DNA of 17,621 nucleotides, from the NCBI GenBank assembly GCA_024626585.2, contig JANKJI020000002.1, positions 92,656,451 to 92,674,071 of the forward strand, given 5' to 3'. Below, piece after piece: positions 1 through 10,194 of this stretch. The notes below the pieces were generated by a model. The model was not told where the DNA came from, ran no database searches, and worked only from the letters and a program-made list of their open reading frames with translations. Numbering within the stretch: position 1 is the first letter of the stretch; every line of letters begins with the position of its first letter. Both the position numbers and the translations under genes were made by a program. This stretch comes from Ginkgo biloba. Its lineage: Eukaryota > Plantae > Ginkgophyta.

Positions 1-2640
1 TGAATAAAGTTACATAAGGAGTGGATATCTTCAAATCTATATTAATCCTATGGGTATTAAGAAATAATCGTTTGCTACAAGGGATGGTCATTATGAGTTT
101 AAAATGATGCCCTTAGGATTTCCGAATGCTTCAATCACATTCATATGATTGATGAACAATATTCTCAAGCCTCTATAAGTGAATTTTATAGTACTCCTTA
201 ATTATACAATGATTTTTTTTAAGAGCAAGGAAGAGAAATCTTTGGTTGGTCTGAAATGTCCTAAGAAAAAATAATCTTTATGTTATGTTCTTTAAATATT
301 CCTTCTTCAAAGAGAAAGTTGAGTACCCTAATCATATAATCTCAATAATGGGAATTTCAATTTATCCTAAGAAGATAAAGTTGGTTGGTGAGTGGATAGC
401 TCTACATAGTGTGCATTATATGAGGATATTTCTTGGTTTGAAAAACTTAATAGGATATTTATTTTGAATTTCTACAAGTGAGTATCTAATTTAACTATAT
501 TGCGAAAGAGGTCCATGAGATTAAAGTGAATTCATGTTTTAAGGTATATTTGATATCCTTAAGAAAAATTTGATGATGATAGTATTTTAATGCTATCAAA
601 TGTTGATAGACCTTTCACCATCTATGTTGAAGCTAGTGGAGTGACCATTCAGGTCATGTTAACCCAAGATAGTAAGATGGTGGCTTGTAAAAGATGTAAA
701 ATGATGAAAAACAAATATGTTCTTTTAATTATCAAGAATTATTCACCATTATTCACACTATTAATATTTTGAATCATTAAAAAAATAATTATTTTTAGGT
801 GGTTATTGATCATAAGACATTGTTATCATTTCCTCTTAATGATGAATTGGGATTAAGATCATATAGATGGGTTATAATTTCTTATGAGTTTAGGCAAAAG
901 TTAACTTACAATGTATGAAGTGTGAATATTATGGTTTATTTATTGACAATGATTATATTGGTTAATAATCATTGAGTTGTCTAGGGATCATTGAGGAATG
1001 AGATCTAAGAGGCACAAAAGAATAATACATGGTGCCTAGAGGTGTAGCAAGACATAATTAATGAAAAGCATATTCAAAATATGTACTCTCATAATGATAA
1101 TTTATGGTATAGTTATAATGTTATTCATTTTATATTTTTCCCAATTCAAAATATAAAATCCCATCAGATTTGCATGACATCATCTTTTCTATCTAGGTTA
1201 GTATGGATAATAGTTATGAATCTACGAAGGAATATGTTTATTATAAAAATATGATGAAAGTATGGAATATTATGTCCAAACTTATAAGAATTTCCAAGTG
1301 AATAAGGTGAGGAGAGACCATCCTATAAGGTTTTGAATGTGTTTTCCTATTCCCAAAGGAAAACGAGAGAGTATAACATGGATTTTATGACTTCCCTATC
1401 AAGGACATGATGATAGCATGAACAAATCTAGTGGTGGTCAATTGACTTATAAATATGGAAAGGTTTATAACTTCTAGTGTAATGTACAAAGGAAAGGATA
1501 TTGTTGATTTGTTAATTGTTAGGTTCTTTACCAAATTTTTGGTATCAAAGAGGATAGAGATAAATCATAACACTAAATTAACCAGCCATATTTGGATAGA
1601 TTTTTTTTTTTTTTTTGTTACCAAGTTGAACTTCAGTAGCGGGCGTCACCCTTGGATAGATGGGTAGAATAAGAAGGTTAAATAGCTTATTGGGGAGATG
1701 TTTAGGTCATATATATTATCTAGACATACTATCTAGAAAGAAAGACTTCCATTTGTGGAGTTTGTATCCAATAAAAATAAATATTTAACTACATTTATGA
1801 CACCCTTGAGAACTATGTACGGATATGATCTTTTGATATCATTCGAGTTAGACCTAAAAACATTTAAGGTCAAAACCCAAGTCTCCTTAAATATGCTTGA
1901 ATAGATACAAGAGGATATTAGGGAATGTCCAACGAAGATTAAAAGTTCACGATAATACATTAAGTTGTATACAATTATACATCACTCAAATCATTTGAGG
2001 TAGAGGATGCATTTACCTCTAAGTGAAGCCTAATATTTTCTTTTTCCATGGGAAATTCTACTAAAGTATCATCTCACCATTATGGAAAATTCTATTTTTT
2101 GGAAAAGAATAATGCGGTAATCTACAAATTATAGTTGCCATCCTATGTGAAGAAGCNNNNNNNNNNNNNNNNNNNNNNNNNNNNNNNNNNNNNNNNNNNN
2201 NNNNNNNNNNNNNNNNNNNNNNNNNNNNNNNNNNNNNNNNNNNNNNNNNNNNNNNNATCTACAAATTATAGTTGCCATCTAATGTGAAGAAGCACAAAGT
2301 TTTTCATCTTAGACTTATTAAGATGGCTTTATCTAAACATGATAATGTCTCTCCAACATTTGTTAATGTATAAGAAGTCGATCAAGAGGGTCATGATCTA
2401 GTAACTATATGATATTAGAGAATAAGGAGACTACAAAATAGAGATATTATAGAATATATTGTGGAATCGTCAAATAAACTCCTTGAAGAAGAAAATTTGG
2501 AATTAAATGATTTTATTTCAGAGATTAGGCTCATTGAGATAATGATATAAGAAGCACAAGAAGAGATGCTAAATGCCTAAATATTCAAGATAATATTATC
2601 TCAAGAGTTATTTAAAAGGACAAGTTTTCCTATGAGGCCA
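1..2640 (+). mobile_element. pol: Degenerate Ty3/gypsy chromovirus pol (RT, RNase H, integrase, GPY/F, chromodomain); pseudogenised and 5'-truncated by the window edge
   Basis: Manual translation. From 17: RSGYLQIYINPMGIKK*SFATRDGHYEFKMMPLGFPNASITFI*LMNNILKP (gypsy RT, cf. DLRSGYHQI..TAF.T..GHYEF.VMPFGLTNAPATF). The YLDD site has decayed to FIVLLNYTMIFFKSKEE (~185-235). ORF 285-467 is the RT thumb (KVEY..HIIS..GI...PKKI..V.EW....SV...R.FLGL). ORF 590-772 is the RNase H start (RPFTIYVEASG). ORF 1455-1667 is the integrase core (TKLNFSSGRHPWIDG), then LPFVEFVSN..MTPLRTMYG and YGKFYFLEK..AVIYKL*LP...HKVFHL. Many stops and frameshifts. Confidence 0.95.
2395..2530 (+). pseudogene. Decayed chromodomain at the integrase C-terminus
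   Basis: Reads DLVTI*Y*RIRRLQNRDIIEYIVESSNKLLEEENLE, matching the plant chromovirus pattern P..ILD.R.R.LRNR.I.EYLVKW...P.EEATWE, at the expected position after the GPY/F domain. Confidence 0.75.
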
Positions 2641-2710
2641 ATATTTATGTATTACTATTGATGGTTAATTCATTAGGGAAAGTGGTGAGCAAAGAGAAAA
2701 AGGTAAGAAG

Positions 2711-2870
2711 AAGTAGCTTAGAGATATCCCAGTATAGGGTTAATCTAATTGAAGAATGGAATGTGTCTTTATTGAACTATAANNNNNNNNNNGGAATCCT
2801 TAAAAATACATCTAGACTTACTATGATAGGTTGTTCTCACATTTTCTATGGAGTTTTCTTTGAGATGTAC

Positions 2871-2905
<35 letters not shown>

Positions 2906-3706
2906 CTACTAATTTTACGGATGTCAGAATTAGTACAATCTAGAGAGTAACATTGTACTAGAGTCTTTTTTCATATTTGAGTGCTCAAATATTATTCTAA
3001 GAACAAGGCACCCCAGTTGGACCATTTTCATTTAATAATAACTATTTTCAAAGGATATAAAATGCCTAGAAGGGTGACTATGNNNNNNNNNNNNNNNNNN
3101 NNNNNNNNNNNNNNNNNNNNNNNNNNNNNNNTTTTTAAAGACTCTAGATAGATATCTCTAAAGAATACTATAGGGGCAAGGAATTTCACTCCCTAAGGTA
3201 ATATAGTATATTTAGTTAAAGGATTTCATCTAAAACATTACCCTACATAATTCTAAAAACCCTAAATATTTTTCTGGGATAGTTCGAGTTTCAATTAGAG
3301 ACCAATTAGGGGATTGGCATCCCTTACAAAGGGTATATTTATTTTANNNNNNNNNNNNNNNNNNNNNNNNNNNNNNNNNNNNNNNNNNNNNNNNNNNNNN
3401 NNNNNNNNNNNNNNNNNNNNNNNNNNNNNNNNNNNNNNNNNNNNNNNNNNTTTTTATGGTCTATCAGTACACCAATATGTTTATCGTTTGTTGGTAAATC
3501 AATACAAGTTTGTTGTTCATACTAATATATTTACTATTCTAGGGATTATTTATGCAACTATAGATTTTTTTAATTTGTACTAGAAACTAATATAAATAGA
3601 AAATTTACATGTATATTGTAGTTCCTAAGGTTATCATATTGCTAAACAATATATTAAAACAAACTTACACCTAGCACCATTATGCATGATTGATGGGTGG
3701 AGTTGA
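2711..3706 (+). repeat. Copy 1 of a ~1 kb direct repeat; probable 3' LTR region of the upstream gypsy element (LTR may begin near TG at ~2648)
   Basis: Collinear with 3807-4780. It starts shortly after the pol end, is non-coding and contains a CT microsatellite. LTR identity is inferred from position; LTR termini are not established. Confidence 0.8.
2874..2902. repeat. (TC)n microsatellite, ~14 units
   Basis: Direct reading; the paralogous tract in copy 2 is shorter. Confidence 0.95.
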
Positions 3707-3806
3707 NNNNNNNNNNNNNNNNNNNNNNNNNNNNNNNNNNNNNNNNNNNNNNNNNNNNNNNNNNNNNNNNNNNNNNNNNNNNNNNNNNNNNNNNNNNNNN
3801 NNNNNN

Positions 3807-4780
3807 AAGTAGCTTAGAGATATCCCAGTATAAGGTTAATCTAATTGAACAATGGAATATGTCTTTATTGAACTATAAAAGGATTCTTAAAGAGAGTGGA
3901 ATCCTAAAAAATACATCTAGACTTACTATGATAGGTTGTGCTCACATTTTCTATGGAGTTTGCTTTGGGATTTACCAATCTCTCTCTCTCTCTCTCTGGT
4001 AATCTACTCTACTAATTTTACGGATGTTGTCATNNNNNNNNNNNNNNNNNNNNNNAGAGAGTGACATCATACTAGAGTCTTTTTTCATAGTTGAGTGCTT
4101 AAATATTATTCTAAGAACAAGGCACCTCAGTTGGACCATTTTCACTAAATAATAACTATTTTCAAAGGATAATAAAGGCCTAGAAGGGTGACTATGGCCT
4201 TCAAGGAGGGTTGCACAAGGTTTCTAGCTAGAGATTTACACTTTTTAAAGACTCTAGATAGGTAACTCTAAAGAACACTATAGGGAAAAGGAATTTCACT
4301 CCCTAAGGTAATATAGTATCTTTAGTCAAAGGATTTCATTCAAAACATTATCCTACATAATTCCAAAATCCCTAAAGTTTTTTCTAGGATAGTTTGAGTT
4401 TCAACTAGAGACCCATTAAGGGATTAGCATCCCTTACTAAGGGTATAATTATTTTAGGATTCATTTTTCCCTATGCATGAACATATTTAGGATAAATTAT
4501 GGAGGGGAATATATACCTCATTATTGATAAGGTATTTCTTAGGGTTTACTCTCTTTTACCAATTTTTAAGGTCTATCAGTACACCAATATGTTTATCGTT
4601 TGTTGGTAAATCAATACAGGTTTGTTGATCATACTAATATATTTACTATTCTAGGTATTATTGGTGCAACCATATTTTTTTTAATTTTTACTAAAAAATA
4701 ATATAAATAAAAAATTTACATGGATATTGTAGTTCCTAAGGTTGTCATATTACTCATGCAAGATTGATGGGTGGGGTTGA
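3807..4780 (+). repeat. Copy 2 of the ~1 kb direct repeat
   Basis: Begins AAGTAGCTTAGAGATATCCCAGTATA as at 2711 and ends GATTGATGGGTGGGGTTGA as at ~3706. Hand count: 3 mismatches in the first 72 bp, about 22 in ~215 bp for 3132-3346 vs 4242-4456. Confidence 0.9.
3979..3997. repeat. (TC)n microsatellite, ~9 units
   Basis: Direct reading. Confidence 0.95.
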
Positions 4781-5352
4781 GTGGATCATTAATATATTCT
4801 TTGTGCTATGAGTTACTATGTTTTGTTAGATATTTGGATACCCATATAGTAAGCCCTTTTAGGTGGTCCCCATATCCAATAATAGGAGGTTGGTGTCTTT
4901 ACAACAAGTCAACCCTGGTTAAACACTTTCCTTTACTAACAATTATCTATTTGCATAAATTAACATGAATAAATAATTTATTCGTATGAAATACTTATTT
5001 CATTATAATATTACAACTAAAATTTAATTTTGTTCATGTTAAACAATTTGCCATGTGTTTATCTTAATTTGAACTTTTTAATTGCATGGCTCAAGTGCAT
5101 TATATTTTTAGTTTAGTTAAGAAATGTTATTCCACTTATAGGTAGCCTTCATCTTTGTATTATACCTACATATCACCAATATCTATCTTTCCCATTCATT
5201 TTATACTTACTTGTTACTTACATCTAGCCTTTTTTGNNNNNNNNNNNNNNNNNNNNNNNNNNNNNNNNNNNNNNNNNNNNNNNNNNNNNNNNNNNNNNNN
5301 NNNNNNNNNNNNNNNNNNNNNNNNNNNNNNNNNNNNCATTTTCTAACCTCCT

Positions 5353-6359
5353 TTACTCATTTGTTGACCACCACTTGGATTGTTTTCTCACCTTGTCCAT
5401 TCTTGGAGCCAACAAAATTTTGTTAGCCATTAATTTTTTAGATTTTTCCATGGTGGTATGTTTATGCCTCTTCTCCTCCTCGACCAAATTTTCCCTAGGT
5501 TTTTCTCTCCTTATCCTTTCCTCTTTTCTTATCGAGAATTCAAACACTATATAAACTTTAACTCTACATATGAAGAAACTTATTGGTCTGCTTGCCACAT
5601 TGAATCTTCTACCAATTCCTCATCCCCTCTATGGAACAAACTCTCCTCATCCTCTAGTTCATTGACAAACTTAATCTCCTCTCATTCTTTATGAAATTTC
5701 ATACTTGAACCTAACTATTCTTTCACCTAGGGATCCACCTTTGCTACTCCACATCCTCATTCCTCCTCTCTATTGTTTGACTTAGGATTTTGCACCCTTC
5801 ATAGTTTTTCTCTTCCTCGTACTCCAAGCCAACTTTTCTTCTAACTTCAATGCCAATTGGTATTCCTCTTCCACCATCTTCACCCGATGAATGTTGATTT
5901 TATCCTAAATGGAAAAACTCAACCCATTTGCATACCTTGTTGTCAATTATACCTCATTCTCCTTATGTATACTCCTTATGCATAATCTGTAGAACTCATT
6001 CATATATCCCTATACATGTTTATCCCTTTTATTCAAATTTTGAAACTCCTTTAACAATCTTTATTCATAATCAACAAGTAGAAGTTTCCCTTTAAACTTG
6101 GATACCATCTTGTTCTAAGTCTTGAATTTTTCTTTGTAGCTTCTCACCCTCTCTTTCTACAATTTTTTCCACCATATGGATACATGTCCTTTCATCCTTG
6201 TGCATGCAAATTTCACCTACTTGGGGTCCTCTAACTCTTCCCATTCAAAGTACTTCTCCATCATCCCAATCTAATGCATCAACCCTTCAAGATTCAAACT
6301 TCCTCCAAATTCTAGAACTTCCATCTTTGTTCCACATTTCTTTCCTTTCATTATTTCCA
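5353..6359 (-). mobile_element. gag: Degenerate Ty3/gypsy gag (CRM-like chromovirus), capsid region plus decayed zinc knuckle
   Basis: Reverse-strand translation through stops: KMEVLEFGGSLNLEGLMH*IGMMEKYFEWEELEDPK*VKFACTRMKGHVSIWWKKL*KERVR...KT*NKMVSKFKGKLLLVDYE*RLLKEFQNL...V*GYMNEFYRL...RYANGLSFSI*DKI...VEEEYQLALKLEEKL (Retrotrans_gag pattern). It is followed by RG*G repeats (former RGRG) and SFFICRVKVYIVFEFS (eroded CX2CX4HX4C). Clade assignment is from memory of motifs. Confidence 0.88.
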
Positions 6360-6459
6360 NNNNNNNNNNNNNNNNNNNNNNNNNNNNNNNNNNNNNNNNN
6401 NNNNNNNNNNNNNNNNNNNNNNNNNNNNNNNNNNNNNNNNNNNNNNNNNNNNNNNNNNN

Positions 6460-9225
6460 AAGAAAATAAATTTGGGTACCGAAGCACACTTAAGAAGATA
6501 CCCATTGGAGATTATTGGGATACAACTATAATAACCTAGTCTATCGCCTTATTTAAGGAATTCAAAGATGTATTTGCTTGGCCCTACAAGGATTTAAAAG
6601 GTGTTCCACCCAAATTAGGAGAACACCGTATCGAACTAATAGATAGGGACAAATTGAAATGAAGAAGACCATGAACCCCACATATAAGGAACAAGTCNNN
6701 NNNNNNNNNNNNNNNNNNNNNNNNNNNNNNNNNNNNNNNNNNNNNNNNNNNNNNNNNNNNNNNNNNNNNNNNNNNNNNNNNNNNNNNNNNNNNNNNNNNN
6801 NNNTCTGTGTTGATTACCACGACTTAAACAAGGTGACAAAGAAAGACGTATTTCCACTACCGTTTATCGAAGACGTATTAGAAAGAGTTGTTGAACATGA
6901 CATATTTTCATTTACAGACGAATTTAGCAAATATAACAAGGTCCGCATAGTGCTAGAAGACCAACTAAAAACAACGTCCGTAATAGAATGGGGCATGCTT
7001 GCATACCGAGTAATGCCCTTTGGATTGACAAACGCCCCTGCAACATTTCAAAGAATAATTTTGAATATATTAAAAAAAATGCTAGGCGAAAAGATCAAAG
7101 CTTTCCTAGATGATTGGACCTTGTTTTCGCTTTTAAATGNNNNNNNNNNNNNNNNNNNNNNNNNNNNNNNNNNAGAAAATGGGTTGTGCCTCAACATAGA
7201 AAAGTGGCAATCCTTAATACCTTTTGGGAACCTACCAGTACACTGTGACGAAAAAAGGCATCCTCACAAGACCCAACAAAGGTGGCAGTAGTGTTGAATT
7301 TTCCAAAACCAATATCAACGAAACAATTAAAAGGATTCTTGGGACTAACCGAATATTTTTCGAAGATCATCTATAACTACGCTGCCATTTCCTACTGTCT
7401 CACAAAATTATTAAACAAAGGAGCTACCTACATTTAGACCTAAGAACACCAGTTAGCATTTGAAATGTTAAAAGAAAAATTGGTAACTGCCCATCCTTAA
7501 GTATCCAGACTGGAAGAAAGGGTTCAATGTACATGTAGATGCTTCACTTTACGCAATCGGGAGTGTACGAGTACAACTTGGAGATAATGACGTCGATCGC
7601 CTGATATAATTTGCAAGCCGAAAATTAATAGATGCTGAAAAAATTATACTATCATAGAGTGGGAAGGATTGGAATGGTGTATTCCCTCCAAAAGTTCAGA
7701 CATTATCTGTTAGCAAACAAATTCACATTTTATGTAGACCATCAAGCATTGCTATATCTTGTAAACAAGCCCATATTAAAAGGACGAATAAGTAGGTGGC
7801 TACTTTTGTTCCAAGAATTCAACTTCACAATAATAGTTAAACTCGGAGCGCAACCCAATGTCCCTGATCAACTATCTTGTATCAACAATGGAGAAGAGAC
7901 CACCGGCATAAATGATGACTTACCCAACCCTCACTTGTTCAAAGTTTTGGTTGTACTTGACGGCTATGATGAAATTATCCAATACTTGTCCAGCGGCCAA
8001 GCACCAGTAGGATTAGACAAAAAGGAAAGATGGAAATTAGCTAAAAAATGTAGAACCGTACCAATTGATCAAAGGTGTCTTATACAGAATGGGACCGGAT
8101 CTAGTCCTTCAACGGTGTGTAGTGAAACATGAAATCTAGGAAGTAATGCAAGAAGCACATGAAGGGTGTTATGGAGGGCATATGGATCATGAGAGCACGA
8201 TAAAAAAAATTCTATTTGGCAAATTATGGTGGCCATATTTATTTCATGATGTAGAAGAATATGTGTGACGTTGGGATATCTGTCAAAGTAGGGAACCCAC
8301 AAGTAGTACATTATCAACTGTTACACCCCGTACTCACACAAGAACCATTCAAGATATGGGGATTGGTCTTCATAGGATCAATTAGCCCACTTGCAAGACA
8401 AACACTAGCATATTACAGCCTTGTGGAAATAGATTATGTGACAAAATGGGTGGAAGAAAAACCAACACAAAAATGTGATGCACACAACACAACTCAATTT
8501 TTGTATGAGATGATCATTATGAGATTTTATCCATTAGAAATCATAAGAGATCAAAGAAAAGCCTCTATGAGTGAGACAATAACAACGCTGAAAAAATAAC
8601 TTATGGTTATACATCATAGATCCTCCCCCTAATACCCAAGAGTAAATGGCCTTGCAGAGAGCACCAATAAGTTGTTAAGAAAAGTGTAACTAAAATCTGC
8701 AACATCGGTAGTAATGATAAGACAGAGAAACAACAATCCATCCTCTAAGTTACACCCTTTGAGTTGATCAAACATTAGCCAAATGAGCATATGGGTATAC
8801 ACCCTTTAAGTTGATCTACAAATTAGATGTTGTAATTCCATTTGAATTAATATTCCCCATCCTAAGCGTTGCCATTAAACATAGGATGGGTGATGTACCC
8901 TCACATAAGGAGGATTTATATAGATTAACCAAATTGAAAGAATCAAGAAATTTTACACTCTAGAAGATGCAAGTTGTGCAATGACGAATGATGACATGGC
9001 ATAATCGTCACTTGAAAACACCAAAGTTTGCCAATGGAGATATTGTCATACTATACAATAGTAAATTAAAACCAAACTTGGAATGTTAAAATCTGTTAGT
9101 TAGGAATGTATAAAATTACTCATGTTTTTTAGAATGGATCAGTACAATTAGAGAAGTTAGACAACATATTATTACCAAAAGTAGTCAATGGTCGCATATT
9201 AAAATTCTATCACTACAAAAAGTAA
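6460..9225 (+). mobile_element. pol: Degenerate non-chromovirus Ty3/gypsy pol (RT, RNase H, integrase); best-preserved element in the window
   Basis: LFKEFKDVFAWPYKDLKGVPPKLGEHRIEL (~6545-6640). RT: CVDYHDLNKVTKKDVFPLPFI..VMPFGLTNAPATFQR..FLDDW. RNase H: YPDWKKGFNVHVDASLYAIG..FASRKL..MVYSLQKFRHYLL..YVDHQALLYLVNK..RWLLLFQEF. Integrase: EAHEG..GGH, FKIWGLVFIG..IDYVTKWVE, SSP*YPRVNGLAESTNK, ending NGSVQLEKLDNILLPKVVNGRILKFYHYKK* at 9225. No chromodomain and no extra RNase H between RH and INT. Multiple frameshifts and stops. Confidence 0.96.
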
Positions 9226-9790
9226 TATCCATCATAATAACAAATAAATAAAAAAAGTGGAGGGGATTGGCCAACAATAGACCATTAACCAAAAGAGAGA
9301 TCGATCTGGGCAAATCTGATAAGACAAAGAAAATATATAGAGTCAGCCATTCATCAAAAGTACACGATTAATTAGTGAAATAATGAACATCGTTCGACAA
9401 ACACAAAGGATGGCAATGAATGATCAAATGGATAGACCATGCAAAGGACGTTTGATGCCATGCAACATTAAGGTAACAGATGATGGAAAGGGCACCCCAT
9501 GCAATGAACGTCACAACACCAATGGTGAATGACCAATGAAAGTAATAATTACAAGATATGACATGATTAAATCCTAACTATGCCATTTTTACATCAGTAT
9601 TAATCACATAATTATTAAACTTCGCGTCGATCAAATTAAATCATTTCACACATGCAACCTTAACGTGTAATAAGTACCATTATATTATAAAAATACAAAT
9701 GCATAGTTTTATCAACTTGAGCGAACAATGTCATGAACATTCTCCAATCTATACTGAGAAAATATCACCGAGTGAGATAACACAGTGAAC

Positions 9791-10093
9791 ATGGGAAAAT
9801 GCAAGAGATTGGACACAGTTGTAACTCCAACCATAATAGACATTTGGGAACATGATGAAGTGACGTTGAGGGAGGATATGAAAGAGATGAATGATGATGA
9901 CCCAATATACAAATATTTAGAGAACATCGGCCTATGAATATTTCTCACTTGGCCACATTTATTCTACGAGGAATGCCTTTTTTCTGAAGCCATAGTGATA
10001 GCATCAAGGCATGTAGACAGATTATACTTATTGGATGAAGTAATTCATAAAGTCACAGGATTACCGATGCATGCTTCTAATATACCAAAATAA
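9791..10093 (+). pseudogene. Decayed additional (3') ORF of the preceding gypsy element, function unknown
   Basis: One frame from ATG 9791 with a single internal TGA (9935-9937): MGKCKRLDTVVTPTIIDIWEHDEVTLREDMKEMNDDDPIYKYLENIGL*IFLTWPHLFYEECLFSEAIVIASRHVDRLYLLDEVIHKVTGLPMHASNIPK*. It is contiguous with pol (no gap). IHxVTGLP resembles a motif I recall from gymnosperm retrotransposon accessory ORFs. Confidence 0.55.
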
Positions 10094-10194
10094 ANNNNNN
10101 NNNNNNNNNNNNNNNNNNNNNNNNNNNNNNNNNNNNNNNNNNNNNNNNNNNNNNNNNNNNNNNNNNNNNNNNNNNNNNNNNNNNNNNNNNNNNN

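Noticed and set aside
1601-1616. T16 run giving FFFFF in the integrase ORF, as a terminator or retroposed poly(A) tail
   Set aside because: Lies inside collinear integrase sequence; best explained as homopolymer slippage.
2658-2912. ORF similar to the ORF at 3697-4002, suggesting a duplicated small gene
   Set aside because: The similarity follows from the DNA duplication, the SLSLSL tail is the CT microsatellite, and there is no recognisable protein motif.
3314-6857. Track ORFs containing long X runs (e.g. 3314-3583, 3697-4002, 5155-5554, 6198-6539, 6584-6857; likewise 12667-12948 and 15385-15567)
   Set aside because: They are open only because N-gaps contain no stop codons; they are not genes.
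5353-9225. gag (5353-6359) and pol (6460-9225) as one element
   Set aside because: Opposite strands, different gypsy lineages by motif, and separated by an unsized 100-N gap.
9250-9270. Purine-rich AAAAAAAGTGGAGGGGA right after pol as a PPT preceding a 3' LTR
   Set aside because: No second LTR copy to confirm it, and downstream sequence looks like spacer plus accessory ORF. Not excluded, but unsupported.
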